Of a stretch of 64,000 nucleotides of DNA, positions 1-12,024 are shown piece after piece. The stretch's first letter is position 1. Each line of letters starts with the position of its first letter. The notes beneath the pieces were generated by a model. It searched no databases and had not been told where the DNA came from. It saw nothing but the letters and a program-made list of their open reading frames with translations. A program made the translations under genes and the position numbers. The DNA comes from Sphaerodactylus townsendi. Its lineage: Eukaryota. The stretch lies in NCBI RefSeq assembly GCF_021028975.2, contig NC_059425.1:24366001-24430000 (forward strand), given 5' to 3'.

Positions 1-36
1 AGATAGAGGAAATATGAACGACTGCAAGGTACGTAC

Positions 37-113
37 GGTCTCCTGGCTTGGCAACGGGGTTTGGCTATCTGCAGCCTGACTTGACCTGGATGTTTCTTTT
101 GCAAGCGTGGGCT
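37..113 (-). CDS. KATNB1: KATNB1 exon (EPTLAKETSRSSQAADSQTPLPSQET); gene continues past window start
   Basis: Phase-1 acceptor at 114-115 (alternative in-frame acceptor at 123-124), GTACGT donor at 35-36; resembles the bird KATNB1 EPIMAKE...QTPLP segment. Confidence 0.75.
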
Positions 114-524
114 CTGGAGGAACTGAGAAAGGAAGCCATTATATTTCGCTCACTCTGCCCCATGGTTGCTTAAACGGAAATAGATTTGAACTCCCTGGAA
201 AAATCCAAGGTAGTCTCGGGGAGGGGGGGATCATAGAGGACTCAGGGCCCTTCTCTTATTCTGCACTGGGAAAAGCACCTGTCATTTTTACCAGACACAG
301 TCTGTGGCTCTTCAAGGGCAAAGGGATCCCAGTATGATCGTGTTTGCATTAGGGAAGACTTGCGATGGCCAATCTGGAGATCTCAAAAGTCAATGGAAAA
401 TCGGGCTCAGAAACTCCACCAGCCACACGGGTTTTGCAAGTGTTTGTGGGAAGATCAAGAACACAGCCACTGTTCCTGGGGTCTCCCTCTGCACCCATTC
501 CCTAAACAATAAGTCCGAACTTAC

Positions 525-575
525 CATCCTCAGGAGGTGCAGGAAAGGGCTCGTTCTTGTAGGGTGGAGTCCGAG
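525..575 (-). CDS. KATNB1: KATNB1 exon (TRTPPYKNEPFPAPPED)
   Basis: 51 nt, TTTTGCAG acceptor, GTAAGT donor; matches SRTPPRRSEPFPAPPED. Confidence 0.93.
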
Positions 576-1440
576 CTGCAAAAGGGAAGAAGTTCAGTCT
601 CGGACCTGGCTTCATTGGCAGAAGCCACACAAGAGATCAGACCACCCAGCACTACTCTGTTTGCAAGCCTGAGACTTGTTTCCACTGATATATTTCTGCA
701 AAGTGGAAAACTTGCTCACTGATATGACAGTCACTTCCCACTTGGTGACACAAGTGATTCCAGTTTTTTCATCCTTAAGAACCACCAATCTTTTCTACTG
801 TTCTCTGCCTTACTGGGAAGCTGTGTGCCAAGTTTACTGCATGGATATTTTACCAACAACTGCTTTAAGTATGCAAAGAGAGAAACTGTTCTTGCTCTCC
901 TTTGCTCCAGCAACCTGAGGACCTGTTTTGAAAACAGCACCATTTAAAATGATTCAGCAACAGTCTGGAAGCTTGCATCCCGTTCCTATGAAGAAGAACA
1001 CACTGCCTCCAGGTTCTTGGGAAAGCACTTTCTTCGTACCATTTTCCATTTGCCCACCACCCTTTTCTTTTTGTGTTGGACATGCACCTTGATGAAAAAT
1101 TCTAAGGAATTCAACAGGTTGCACACTGTTTTGTGATATTCTGGTGGGTCCTAATAAAAGGCACCGTACAATTTTGGTATAGGTTTTTTCTGTTTGAGAG
1201 TTGGGATTCACCTTAGTTCTAGATGAATGGCGGCACTGTCATGAAATATCCTGGACCAGCCACAAAGTGCTGGCTGGCTTCTGGAGCCAATTGCAAATTA
1301 AACCAGTGATGGTAAAGGAAAGAAGAAATGCTATAAAACACCTTACTAAAAGAGAACTTCTTGCCCAGTGCTATACCCTTTTCCACCAAACGATGACAGT
1401 AGAAGTGTATATTAATCTGCCATTTCCTGGACCTTCTTTG

Positions 1441-1690
1441 GGCGTTTCCCCACTTACCTTAAGCCGCGCGCTACTCTCCTCAAGTGGCAGGGTCCCTGTA
1501 ACCTCCCACTACAGGGGTGGCGTGACAAGCGCGGCTTCCCCGGCGCTACGGCTCGCGCCTCGAAGCGGCATCCTAAGCTCCTCGAAAGTAACGGCACGTT
1601 TTGGTGGCCAGCTCAGGAGGGATGCCGGTGCGTATAAGAGATAGTAGCGCTAGGTAAGCGTGCCGCCCAGCAAAGGTGAAGTGGGAAGCC
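1441..1690. mobile_element. GC-rich TIR element (Harbinger-like MITE)
   Basis: GGCGTTTCCCCACTTACCTT...AAGGTGAAGTGGGAAGCCC imperfect TIRs; CpG-rich interior. Confidence 0.5.
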
Positions 1691-1991
1691 CTTTTGTTCT
1701 AAAGATACTCCCGCTTGGGTCCCAGTGTCCACCCCAGTTTTCTGTCCCCCCCCCCAAGGCACTGGGACCCGGCAGAGCATTCTTGAGACAGAAGATGATC
1801 AGGAAATGGCAAAAAGGTCTCTAGTCTACTGTAATCTTTAGTGGAAGAAATATTCACCTTGACAACCATCTAAAAGACTGAACTTTAAGAAGCTGTGGTG
1901 GATGGGAAAATCCTCCACAGTGTTTCAACCAGGGAAGACTTAATCCAGGAAATCTTGAACCCCACCAACTGGCTATTTTAGTAGCACTCAC

Positions 1992-2122
1992 TGATAGAAT
2001 TCTTTGGCTGGAAGATCTCCTTGTAGTCTTCTGGGTTCTGGATCTCTGCAGTGGATTCTTTTTCCTCCCTGTCATCTTCACTACTGGGACTGCGCCTCTC
2101 ACTCTCCGAATTGTGTTTCACT
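1992..2122 (-). CDS. KATNB1: KATNB1 exon ([44 protein letters not shown])
   Basis: 131 nt, GTGAGT donor; very close to the KATNB1 linker region. Confidence 0.95.
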
Positions 2123-3227
2123 CTGCCATTAATCCACAAAAATGTTGGGTTGGAACCAGCAGGTGTATGAGCAGAAAGGAAGGTACATAGCTCTGCTTGC
2201 ACAAGCAATAACACAGGGGCAGCAGAAACATACAACACTTCAAAATATTTTAAGTTAAATAAGTGTGTGCATATGGAGCAATGCAAAGTATATATACAAA
2301 AAATGGGGGACGGGGGAAAATGTAGCAAGACACAGAAAAATGCAAAGGAAAAACTTATTATACCCTGGCTATAAACTACAACAATGCCAACCAATGCTAC
2401 AATCAGAACAGAAAAGTGCTCAGTTTAATAGTGTCAACATTATGTGTAATAGAATAATAGAATCATAGAGTTGGAAAAGACCACAAGGGCGATCAAGTCC
2501 AACCCCCTGTCATGCAGGAACACACAATCAAAGCACTCCTAAGAAAGTGTAAAAAGCGCTCCCAATAAAGTGTAACCACACATGAAACATACAGACGACT
2601 AGACAAGAAAACAAGAAGAAGCACGTGTGCTAGCCAGCCAGCAGGCACAAACAAGTCCTTGGGCTCAAAGAATGCAATCAGTCCTAGTATGTGCAGTCTC
2701 AATGCAGGGCAGAAATAGCATTCTCACATGCAGGATGCAAGCAAACAAATCATAAGTGGATAATATCAGGTAGCTTGCAATTTAGGACAAATTGTAAGGT
2801 CCTCACGTGCAAGATGCAAGCAGGTAAGTTACAGATAAGTAATCCTGCGTGGCTTGGACAGGACATTCTGGATTTTACCAGTTTCACCATCCAACAGCTT
2901 TGACAGCAATATGTACATTTCAAAAGCTTGCCCATATCAAGGGTACAAATGTGAAGCCAGGAGTGCTATAATTTTAAATATAAATTGACTACATTGTTCG
3001 ACTACTAATCTAGACACGTGGCTAAACAGTGCAAAACAAGGAAACTAAGGCAGCTTCATAATCTTAGACAAATGTGCTCATAGGAAAGTAGTCAATGAGG
3101 ACAGATTGACGACTACTCATCAGGTCAGCTTATTAAAATATGGCCTCAACATCTTGCTTACATACAACAGAGGATTGGGGTGCTGTGTGGTTTCCGGGCT
3201 GTATGGCCGTGTTCTAGCAGCATTCTC

Positions 3228-3270
3228 TCCTGACGTTTCGCCTGCATCTGTGGCTGGCATCTTCAGAGGA
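3228..3270 (-). ncRNA. Minimal type I hammerhead ribozyme motif (Penelope-type), KATNB1 sense strand
   Basis: UCCU-CUGAAGA-U-GCCAGC(CACAGAU)GCAGGC-GAAA-CGUC-AGGA. Confidence 0.65.
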
Positions 3271-3283
3271 TCTGAATAATAGA

Positions 3284-3326
3284 TCCTCTGAAGATGCCAG
3301 CCACAGATGCAGGCGAAACGTCAGGA
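3284..3326 (+). ncRNA. Minimal type I hammerhead ribozyme motif (mirror copy)
   Basis: Same motif on the + strand. Confidence 0.65.
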
Positions 3327-3617
3327 GAAAATGCTGCTAGAACACGGCCATACAGCCCGGAAACCACACAGCACCCCAGTGATTCTGGGCGTGAAAGCCT
3401 TCGACAATACATTAAACAGAGGATTAACACTTTCAAAATTAGTTGTGACAGACACTTATAATTCCCAATACTTTTAACGTTTACACCAAGATCGTTGCGC
3501 ATGCAGAAGCCTTCCCTGGGATCCAACCTGATGTCAAGGAGATGCACACACAGCTCTCCTGTTAGTTGCTCAAACCTAAGGCATGAGGACCCTCTCTGCA
3601 AGAGAAGCCTTCCTTAC

Positions 3618-3805
3618 CTTTGGGGCCTGCTGCACGTCGTTGACGGCCTGTCATAGATGCGTCGCAGGGAGGAGCCCATGGGCGCAGGCGGAACGAAAGG
3701 CTTGTCATCCCTAACCAGCCCGTGGAGGCTGGACCCACATTTCGTGACTCTGTTGAGGTCCACCACAAATGAAGAGACAATGCTTTGTGTGAAAGAGACT
3801 CCAAT
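3618..3805 (-). CDS. KATNB1: KATNB1 exon (IGVSFTQSIVSSFVVDLNRVTK...LRRIYDRPSTTCSRPQ)
   Basis: 188 nt, AG/GT bounded; corresponds to ORF 3614-3811. Confidence 0.95.
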
Positions 3806-3887
3806 CTGCACAGAACAGAGACAGCCTCAGTCATTTTGGAATTCCAGGGCCCCTTTTCAAGGATCAGACTAAACAAATCACTACTTT

Positions 3888-4135
3888 GGCTACTGTGGGC
3901 TTTCTAGGCTACATGGCTGTGGTCTGGTAGTTTTTGCTCCTAGCATTTCGCCTGCATCTACAGCTGGTATCTTCAGAGGAATGTCATGGTAAGATGTGTT
4001 CCTTTCACCATGACATGCCTCTGACAATGCCAGGCGTAGATGCGGGTGAAACGTTAGGAGCAAATACAACCAGACCACAGTAACAGAGCCAGGAAAACCA
4101 ACAGCAAGCAGATTGACTCCGGCCTTCGATAATAC
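3888..4135. mobile_element. Penelope-like palindromic remnant (diverged)
   Basis: Same family as 3177-3414; further partial copies at ~10370-10470, 16022-16135, 17550-17780, 23228-23650. Confidence 0.7.
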
Positions 4136-4967
4136 AGCAGAGTACCACTTTCTCTGCACACTGGCTTTATATCAACTACACAGCTACTCCACGGACTAGG
4201 ATCCTCCTGGAGTCAACAAAAACCCACCATTCTGTTTACTAAAAAAGTGGGCCACAGAAACTGGGGGAGGGGAGAGAAACAGTCAAGGCCATGAACACAT
4301 ATTCTTTAAAAGGGGGTTAGACAGCTTCCCAGAAAACAGGTCACCACTGGTTACTATCCATATGAGTAAAGGGTACCTCTATATTCAGGGGTAGCAACAG
4401 CTGGCAGACAGCATTGGAAGAAAGCCACCTTGGTGTGCTTTATGTGGGCCTTCAAAGGCAACTTGCTGGCCACTGCATGACAAAGAATCCTGGCGTAGAT
4501 AGAGCACTAAACTGATCCAGGAGGGCTCTTCTTATGCTCTGACAGCAAATGGGAGCCAGCTTTCTTACTGAAGAACGTATTTATAGGAACAGACCACAGG
4601 GTTCAATGTATAGTGCACAAAACCCTCCTGGACCTGTTTCCAACACAGCAGGGGTATCATCAATGCTATTGTCACATTGTTTCTGCTACCACTGTGCTGC
4701 CCTTTGCAGCATGTGCCTTAAACCATTGCCATCTGGTTGCAGGGCCAGCCACCCACTAAGCAAGCCACAAGCAGGAACGTAGGTAAGGGGGTGGGGGGTG
4801 GGGTTATCAGGTTTAGACCCCTCCCATTACATGTCCGACTTGCTTGAAACAATGAATGGAATGGAACAGCCGGAAAGCTCTCAGTCACCGGACCCACCCC
4901 ATAAAAAATCTACACCTATGTCACTGGCCACAAGATTCAAATTACCCACACCGTCTCACTCACTCAC

Positions 4968-5118
4968 CAATTGGTTGTTGCAGATGGACAGATCGGCCAC
5001 CTTGCCCCAATTCACCATGACCACATCGAAGCAGCGTTCCGGCTCCCAGCCATACACACGGAGAGAATCATGGCTGCCGGCGTACAAGCAGCACCCGTCA
5101 GGGTTGAACAGCACACAC
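4968..5118 (-). CDS. KATNB1: KATNB1 exon ([51 protein letters not shown])
   Basis: 151 nt, AG/GT bounded. Confidence 0.95.
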
Positions 5119-5272
5119 CTGAAGGGGAGAGGCAAAAGCCGAGTGTGCAGCTGTCAAAACAGGACTGCCAACAAGATGGACAATGAGCCTTCGAAAACAA
5201 GTATTACACTAGTCAAACTTTGGCCACCATTACTCACTCTCCTTAAACCAAAGTTTTAACAATGACCACAAG

Positions 5273-5508
5273 AGAAGAAGAGTTTGGATTTATACCCCTG
5301 CCCTTTCTCTCCTGTAAGGAGATTCAAACAGGCTTACAAACTTTCCCCTCAACAGACACCTTGTGAGGTAGGTGGGGCTGAGAGAGTTTGACGAGAACTG
5401 TGACTAGCCCAAGGTCACACAGCAGGTTCATGTAGAGGAGTGGGGAATCAAACCTGGTTCTCCAGATTATCGAGTCCACCTGCTCTTAACCACTATACTA
5501 TGCTGGCT
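5273..5508 (-). mobile_element. CORE-SINE (Squam3-like), shorter variant
   Basis: Similar copies at 33215-33418 and 45682-45962. Confidence 0.8.
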
Positions 5509-5626
5509 TTGCAACTTCGCTGGTCTGAGATTCCCCTATCAAGGCAGCACAGACCTACGGATGCCCTTGTTCCTCTCCCAAGCCATATTGTGAGTTGCTT
5601 CCTCACATTACTCAAGTCACACAGAC

Positions 5627-5698
5627 CTGACAGGAATGGCCTCTTCTTTGATGCAGCTCACCACCTGAAACTTTTCCAAGTCCCAAAACCTTATGGTT
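5627..5698 (-). CDS. KATNB1: KATNB1 exon ([24 protein letters not shown])
   Basis: 72 nt, CAG acceptor, GTCTGT donor; in phase across the N gap, so no exon appears to be missing there. Confidence 0.94.
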
Positions 5699-6260
5699 CT
5701 GCAAGACAAAATCAAGAAAAGAGTATTGGAACCTGCAACAAAGGCATGCTTTCTTCAACCATAAAATACCACGTTGTTGGAAGTACAGGCAGTGCATGTT
5801 TCCGTTACAAATCCAGATGCTTTGGGACAGAGAGAGGCATAATTACTTGTTCCAGAGATCGCACAGCTAAAACTAACATGGCTGCTTCTGTGTTGTGAAG
5901 GATCTGCCCGTGCATCATACAGGCAAGACAATTATTTTAAGCACTACCTTATTTCTTTTACCCCCCAGAGACTCAAAGCAGATTCTTCTTCTTCTTAGCT
6001 GGAGCACTGCAATATTATCCCTTGTTTACAGATTAGGAACAGAGGGAACTGCACATTAGCAAAAGTCAAAGGTTCTGCAGCACAGGTTCTGAAGGAAAGG
6101 CCACCAGTCCAATAATGAAATGACAACAATCAGAAGAGCTTGGTACCAGAAATTAATGGGAGAACCAAGTTAAAAATGTCTTTACACTTATCATACCCTG
6201 CTTCCTGGAAGGATCTCCAAATTATTCACAACTATATAAGTACACAGGTAACACTGCATT

Positions 6261-6734
6261 NNNNNNNNNNNNNNNNNNNNNNNNNNNNNNNNNNNNNNNN
6301 NNNNNNNNNNNNNNNNNNNNNNNNNNNNNNNNNNNNNNNNNNNNNNNNNNNNNNNNNNNNNNNNNNNNNNNNNNNNNNNNNNNNNNNNNNNNNNNNNNNN
6401 NNNNNNNNNNNNNNNNNNNNNNNNNNNNNNNNNNNNNNNNNNNNNNNNNNNNNNNNNNNNNNNNNNNNNNNNNNNNNNNNNNNNNNNNNNNNNNNNNNNN
6501 NNNNNNNNNNNNNNNNNNNNNNNNNNNNNNNNNNNNNNNNNNNNNNNNNNNNNNNNNNNNNNNNNNNNNNNNNNNNNNNNNNNNNNNNNNNNNNNNNNNN
6601 NNNNNNNNNNNNNNNNNNNNNNNNNNNNNNNNNNNNNNNNNNNNNNNNNNNNNNNNNNNNNNNNNNNNNNNNNNNNNNNNNNNNNNNNNNNNNNNNNNNN
6701 NNNNNNNNNNNNNNNNNNNNNNNNNNNNNNNNNN
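6261..6734. other. Assembly gap (474 N)
   Basis: Run of N. Confidence 1.
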
Positions 6735-7048
6735 GCTGATCCACCTTTTGCTGGGATTTTATACGAAAAAAAAAGATGCCAGAACTGTACAAAGACATGT
6801 TTGAAAAACTGGCCAAGCAAACTTCCAAGAAAAAGGATCTGAGAACTGCCTTTTAAAGAGCAGTGTGTTTCTTCCCTATCCGGTTCCAGATCCTAAGCTA
6901 TCATACTTTTAACATCTTTCTCCACCAGAACACTTCGAAGGCTAGAAGTCAAAATATGAAAATTTGAATCATGACATAACAAGCCCCAGGTGAGGCTCCT
7001 GCCACTCTCCTGTCCTGCACTGCCCTCGTTTTCCCAGAAAGCACCTAC

Positions 7049-7164
7049 CTGTCAGAGCTACCAGAGGCCAAAAGGTATTCATTAGGATGGAATTCTACGA
7101 CATTTACTGGGCCTGTGTGTTCTGTGAATTCACACATGATCTTCCCGGCCGCCAGGTCCCAGAG
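7049..7164 (-). CDS. KATNB1: KATNB1 exon ([38 protein letters not shown])
   Basis: 116 nt, AG/GT bounded. Confidence 0.95.
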
Positions 7165-7192
7165 CTGGAGAGAAGAAAGAACACTTCTAGTG

Positions 7193-7449
7193 CAAGGGTG
7201 CCAAAATCGTTTATTACGCAGGTCAGATATGACATAAATGTGACTTGGTTGGGCTAGGACCTGGGGGGGGGGGAGCTGCCTCAGCAGGCCCCAGAATGAC
7301 TTGGGTGTGTGTGTGTGTGCGTGCCTGGATTGGTGGGGCGGCTGACTTGAGAGGACTTGCCAGGTCAGATCGAGAGCAAGGGGAGGTGCTTCAGCTGGCT
7401 TGTGGCCCTGATAACACCCTCAAGGGGTCAGATCTGTTTGACAACCCTT
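7193..7449. mobile_element. hAT (Charlie-like) MITE
   Basis: 8-bp TSD TTCTAGTG; degenerate TIRs. Confidence 0.7.
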
Positions 7450-7605
7450 TTCTAGTGGAATGAGGTTGCCCAGCCCCACATGCGACTCTTCTGAATAAAA
7501 TCACCTTTATTCACATAAGGCAGTAACAGCAGGGAGTAGCCAAAACTGCCTCCCAAGGAACAGGCCCGCCAGAGGATGTGAAAAGCCAACCCGCTGCACT
7601 CCTAC

Positions 7606-7689
7606 CTTCACAGTGTGATCATCTGCAGAGGACGCCAGCCACTTCCCATCAGGGCTAAATCGGAGACACCTGACTGCTTGCGTGTGACC
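7606..7689 (-). CDS. KATNB1: KATNB1 exon ([28 protein letters not shown])
   Basis: 84 nt, AG/GT bounded. Confidence 0.96.
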
Positions 7690-9118
7690 CTGTGAAAGCA
7701 AATGGATTCGGCACTTTCCCTGGCACTTTCAGGATGGAGGTCATGAGCAGGACCATTCTTCCTTCCATAGTGTAGTACAGCACTCTGGTAGGTACTGTGC
7801 TGCCATGATCCAAGAGGCACTTGGTCTATGCTTGGTTCCCCCATCAGGTTATCCATTGAAGAGAATGAGATCCACACAGATCTCATTCTGCATCTTCTGT
7901 ACCAAACATGAAAGTGAATTATGCCTGTCCAGGAAACCCAGGCGGTGCACAATATATCTGCCAATTGATACTGGTGCCATACTGTCAGTGCTGCAACAGG
8001 GTGACATAAAGCTACCCCCTCTCTTTGCCAGGTCAAAATTTTGCATGAACAAATGGCGCTGTTAGATGACAAGAAAACTACATTGCTCTCCTCATAGCTT
8101 GTTAATGGAACTGCTTTAAAAAGCAACACCTTTACATCCTGCCGTTTCTCAAAGAGGGTCAGAGCAGCTGACAGAACTTATCCAAAGAATTCTGAAAATC
8201 AGGGGTCAACCGAAGACTAATGGAAAACGCTTTGGACACTGAAAGCCTTATTTAAAGGCTGCACAGTAATTATGTACAACTAACTGTACTTAAAGGATCT
8301 GATTTATCACACAAGATTTGCCTGCTAAAGCGGACTCAAGAGGAAAGACTAATTCGAATCACTGTACAATTAACCCTTTTATTTCCCTCTTTATGGTTGA
8401 CATGAAGTATCTTTGGTATGCATAGTGCTTATTAACACTTCCCCTTGTAAAATATGTTTGTTACTCTGCTTTGATTTTATTTGTACCTTACTAGCTTGAT
8501 CTTAGACTGCAAATGCCTTAGCAGACCAGGTGCTTGGGAGCAGCAGCAGCAGAAGGCCATTGCTTTCACATCCTGCATGTGAGCTCCCCAAGGCACCTGG
8601 TGGGCCACTGCGAGTAACAGAGTGCTGGACTAGATGGACTCTGGTCTGATCCAGCAGACTCTTTCTTATGTTCTTAGCTTTTTAAAAAAAGCTTGACTTA
8701 ATTGGAGAGTCTCTCTGGCTCCAATACTGCATTAATAATACCACATTTTTCCTAGTGTAGCAGGATAGTTCATCTGGTTTCACTGTACGTAGTTACATGT
8801 TCAAGATGCCAGACATTTTATAAGCTACCTGGAAGTTTTGAGTATCTTGACAACTTAAGTAAATGATATGAAAGTGGCAATATGGCAGGATACAACAGTG
8901 TACAAGCTGTGCAAAAATAGTGCAGTTGTGAACTTTGGGGGCTGAATTGCTAGGTACCGATGCAGAGGAATCACAGACACTGACAAAGCATGTCTATTTA
9001 TGCTCGTTTCAAAGACTTTTCTAGATATATTTTTGCAATAACAGCCCACAGCACAAAAGATCTGAGAAGCGTCACAGCAGAATCCTATGTGAAACTTAGG
9101 CAGAACAAGTTCTCTTAC

Positions 9119-9160
9119 CTTGTATCTGAAGACACAGCCTTTTCTCCTAACGTCCCAAAG
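9119..9160 (-). CDS. KATNB1: KATNB1 exon (LWDVRRKGCVFRYK)
   Basis: 42 nt, TAG acceptor and GTAAGA donor. Confidence 0.95.
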
Positions 9161-9943
9161 CTACACAAGAGGGGAAAAAGAAAAGTTACAAAAAAGGAAG
9201 TCGTCTGAAAATCTCTCAAAAGACTTAATTAAGACTAAGGGTTTTATTTTAATTGTGTGATTTCATTAGGTTCATTATGTTCCAGGGAACAGTGAGTTTC
9301 ACAAGCTGCGTACAGACATCCACATCATGGGGATTAAGGGGATGGTGCTTCCTGTGATCTTGAAACCCGCATGAAAAATTTTGGCCCTGCGTTCATACCA
9401 GAGAATAAGTCTGGTTTTTTCCTTCTGTTTTAACTTTTAAAGAGAAATTGTGTATATTTATGGTATTAAAAGATAAAATGCTGATATTATACAATACTAT
9501 ACATATATTTTATGCATTGCTCAGTTTTTAAACTTTTTCTGAGTCGTCTGCTGACCATTGCGGGTTGTCTGCAGCAACCCCACAACTCCCCAAAGAATTC
9601 CCCGTTAATTTCTTATGTTGACCCATGATATATCAAAAATGTGGTGTGGAAGGGACGACTGCATTTCCTTTTTTTCCTGTCCAACGGTAAGCAGCTTTTT
9701 TCACTACCCACCAATTATGGGAAATATCATTCAACTGGAAAAAAAAAGTCTGAATTTGTTAAAATCAAATATGGGATTAAAAAGCACCCACGGATAAGTT
9801 GCCAGCTTGCTAACGAAGTTGAATTTAGCAACAGAATTTCAGAAATGTCAATCATGGTCTGCGGCACCTATTAATACAAACCAGGGGTTGTAGAGGCAAT
9901 ACTTCCCAGAGGGAACCAGCTGCGCCCAAACAGACATACTCAG

Positions 9944-10082
9944 CAGAGGCGTAGCTCCAGGGGGACGGGGTGCGACGCACCGGGCGTGCACGCTTGTGGG
10001 GGCGTGGCGAGGGCGTTCCAGGATGTGGTGGGGCGGAGGACCCACCGGTGCACCGGGCGCTTTTCCCCTTGCTACGCCTCTG
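9944..10082. mobile_element. hAT MITE
   Basis: TIR CAGAGGCGTAGC; perfect 8-bp TSD ATACTCAG; CpGs retained. Confidence 0.85.
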
Positions 10083-10101
10083 ATACTCAGTACAAGCTTA
10101 C

Positions 10102-10202
10102 CTTAACGTTGGTGTCCATAGAGCCTGAAGCTACAAAGCCTCCGTAAGGATGGAAATCTAGGCTGCAGATGTTTGCTTTGTGACCCATTAAAGTACGAAG
10201 AA
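10102..10202 (-). CDS. KATNB1: KATNB1 exon ([34 protein letters not shown])
   Basis: 101 nt, AG/GT bounded. Confidence 0.96.
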
Positions 10203-10630
10203 CTGGGCGGGAAGGAAAATATTGAGACATGCATGGGTAGTCCCCCAAAATCTGAAAGCTTCTACACATATTACAGCGCAATAGCAACTACAGGTCTTCC
10301 CCATCAGTTCTTAGAAATTAAGATCAGCTTGATATTTTTAAAATTTACTTCAAAAAATAATCTGATTTAGCTGGTTGTGGTGGGTTTTCCAGGCTGTGTG
10401 GCCGTGGTCTGGTGGATCTTGCTCCTAACGTTTTGCCTGCATCTGTGGCTGGCATTTTCAGAGGTGTATATATTTAGGAAGTCCTGATTTAGAAATGAAA
10501 TCTGAATGTAATGCAAACTGAGTGAAGTCTACAAATTTCTTAGGACCGAATCAACACTGTTTACAAAGCCAAATAGCCGTGATGCAAATCAGAAACCGGA
10601 AGTCAATAAACAACTTGGTTCTGAGCTTAC

Positions 10631-10748
10631 TTTTGGCAGCTTCCAGGTCCCAGATTCGAATGGAACCTGACTGAGACCCCGCAACGATCATCTCTTCATT
10701 GGTATTGATCTTCACGCTCTCCACCGGTGTTGTGTGACCAGTCAAACT
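10631..10748 (-). CDS. KATNB1: KATNB1 exon ([39 protein letters not shown])
   Basis: 118 nt, AG/GT bounded, GH...WD repeat. Confidence 0.96.
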
Positions 10749-10854
10749 CTGGACAAGACACAAAGGGCAGCAAAGACTCAAATGAATTTGCACCTCAAGC
10801 AAGAGATCACAGCAGCAGCTTTGGGAATGGACAGTTTGTGGAATGGACAGTTTG

Positions 10855-11165
10855 TGGAAGAGGAGATTGAGGGGGATATGATTGCTCTGTTTAAGTATTT
10901 GAAAGGGCAGACAGCTGTTCCTGTTAGCAGCATAAGACAGGACTTGCAATAATGGGTTTAAATTACAGGCAGAAAGGGACCGGGTAGATATCAGGGGGAA
11001 AAATTACAGTAAGTTGTTCAGCAGTGGAACGGGCTGCCTAGAGAGGTGGTGAGCTTCCTCTCACTGGCAGTCTTCAAATAATGATTGGATGAAGTCAAGG
11101 ATGCTTCAGGCTGATCCTGAACTGAGCTGGGGGTTGGACTAGGTGGCCTGTTTGGCCCCTTCCAG
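10855..11165 (+). mobile_element. CR1 LINE 3' fragment
   Basis: [26 protein letters not shown] and CR1 3'UTR; shorter CR1 tails at ~4290-4545 and 8505-8676. Confidence 0.8.
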
Positions 11166-11291
11166 AGATAGGATGGGATTTTCCCATTGTTGAATGCCAG
11201 TGCTTTAAAAAGCTACAGTTTTCTCCCCAGCAAAGTGATTACTTCCTGACCCATTCCTCTGCAAGCAAAAGGAGATACAGGCAGTTCTTAC

Positions 11292-11422
11292 CATAATACA
11301 GTTGGGCTTGTTAACTGACCAGATGTTAACCCGACAGTCATCTCCACCGGTTGCCAGCAGCCGGCCTGAATTTTTGCCCAGCACCAGAGCAGAAACATTG
11401 CTGCTGTGAGCTGTGATTTCTT
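11292..11422 (-). CDS. KATNB1: KATNB1 exon ([44 protein letters not shown])
   Basis: 131 nt, AG/GT bounded, WD40 repeat, phase-compatible. Confidence 0.96.
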
Positions 11423-11984
11423 CTGCAGGACAAAGCAAAAGTAAAGCCTGAGGCCTTTGCATCAACAATCTTATTACCATCCTATACCCCCACACTAAAA
11501 ACATATTTCAGCACACATTTAACAATAAAGCAACAGAGTAAGGTTATTTTAGTTGTAGGTTTTATTCACAGTGCGGCGTTGTCAAAAACCCATAAAGACT
11601 CTTATTAACAGAGAGCCAGGAAGTCCCACACCACCTAGGTGTGTAAGTGGGAACCAGGTAAGCATTCATGCCAAAAGCATAATTGCTCAGCTCAGAATCT
11701 GCAGGTTTTACCAACCTGCAAAATAATAATAATTAATACCACAGCTGGAGCAACACCCATCCCTTAGCTTCTGCAAATGGGCTCTAGCTTCATAATGAAT
11801 TTCTTTTTAAACGAATGTTTGCCAGAACAAGCCTCCCCAGAAAAGTTGGCAGGCTGAGGGAAAGGAAAGAAGGGAGGTAAAATGCCCAGGAGAGGAGCTA
11901 AGATGGAGTTAATGTGCTCCAAAGTGGAGCTGCAGACAGTGGAAAGGTCTGGTTAGCAAAGGCAGGAGAGAGCATTTCACTCAC

Positions 11985-12024
11985 GCAGCTTCCAAGCTGT
12001 CTTGGTTACAACCGCAGCTGCCAT
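11985..12024 (-). CDS. KATNB1: KATNB1 (katanin p80 WD40 subunit B1) first coding exon, MAAAVVTKTAWKL
   Basis: ATG at 12024, 40 coding nt, then GTGAGT donor; matches vertebrate KATNB1 N-terminus (MATPVVTKTAWKLQ). Probable acceptor at 12260-12261 gives a 5'UTR part. Confidence 0.93.

Larger units (their letters stand above)
3177..3414. mobile_element. Palindromic Penelope-like element remnant with hammerhead motifs
   Basis: ~95-bp near-perfect inverted arms; GAAAGCCTTCGACAATAC terminus; 11-bp TSD AACAGAGGATT (3166-3176, 3415-3425). Confidence 0.8.

Noticed and set aside
954-1151. Possible extra KATNB1 exon
   Set aside because: Not needed for phase (1992 joins 575 in frame), no KATNB1 similarity, ends in a stop
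6140-6828. ORFs spanning the N run
   Set aside because: Artefacts of the gap
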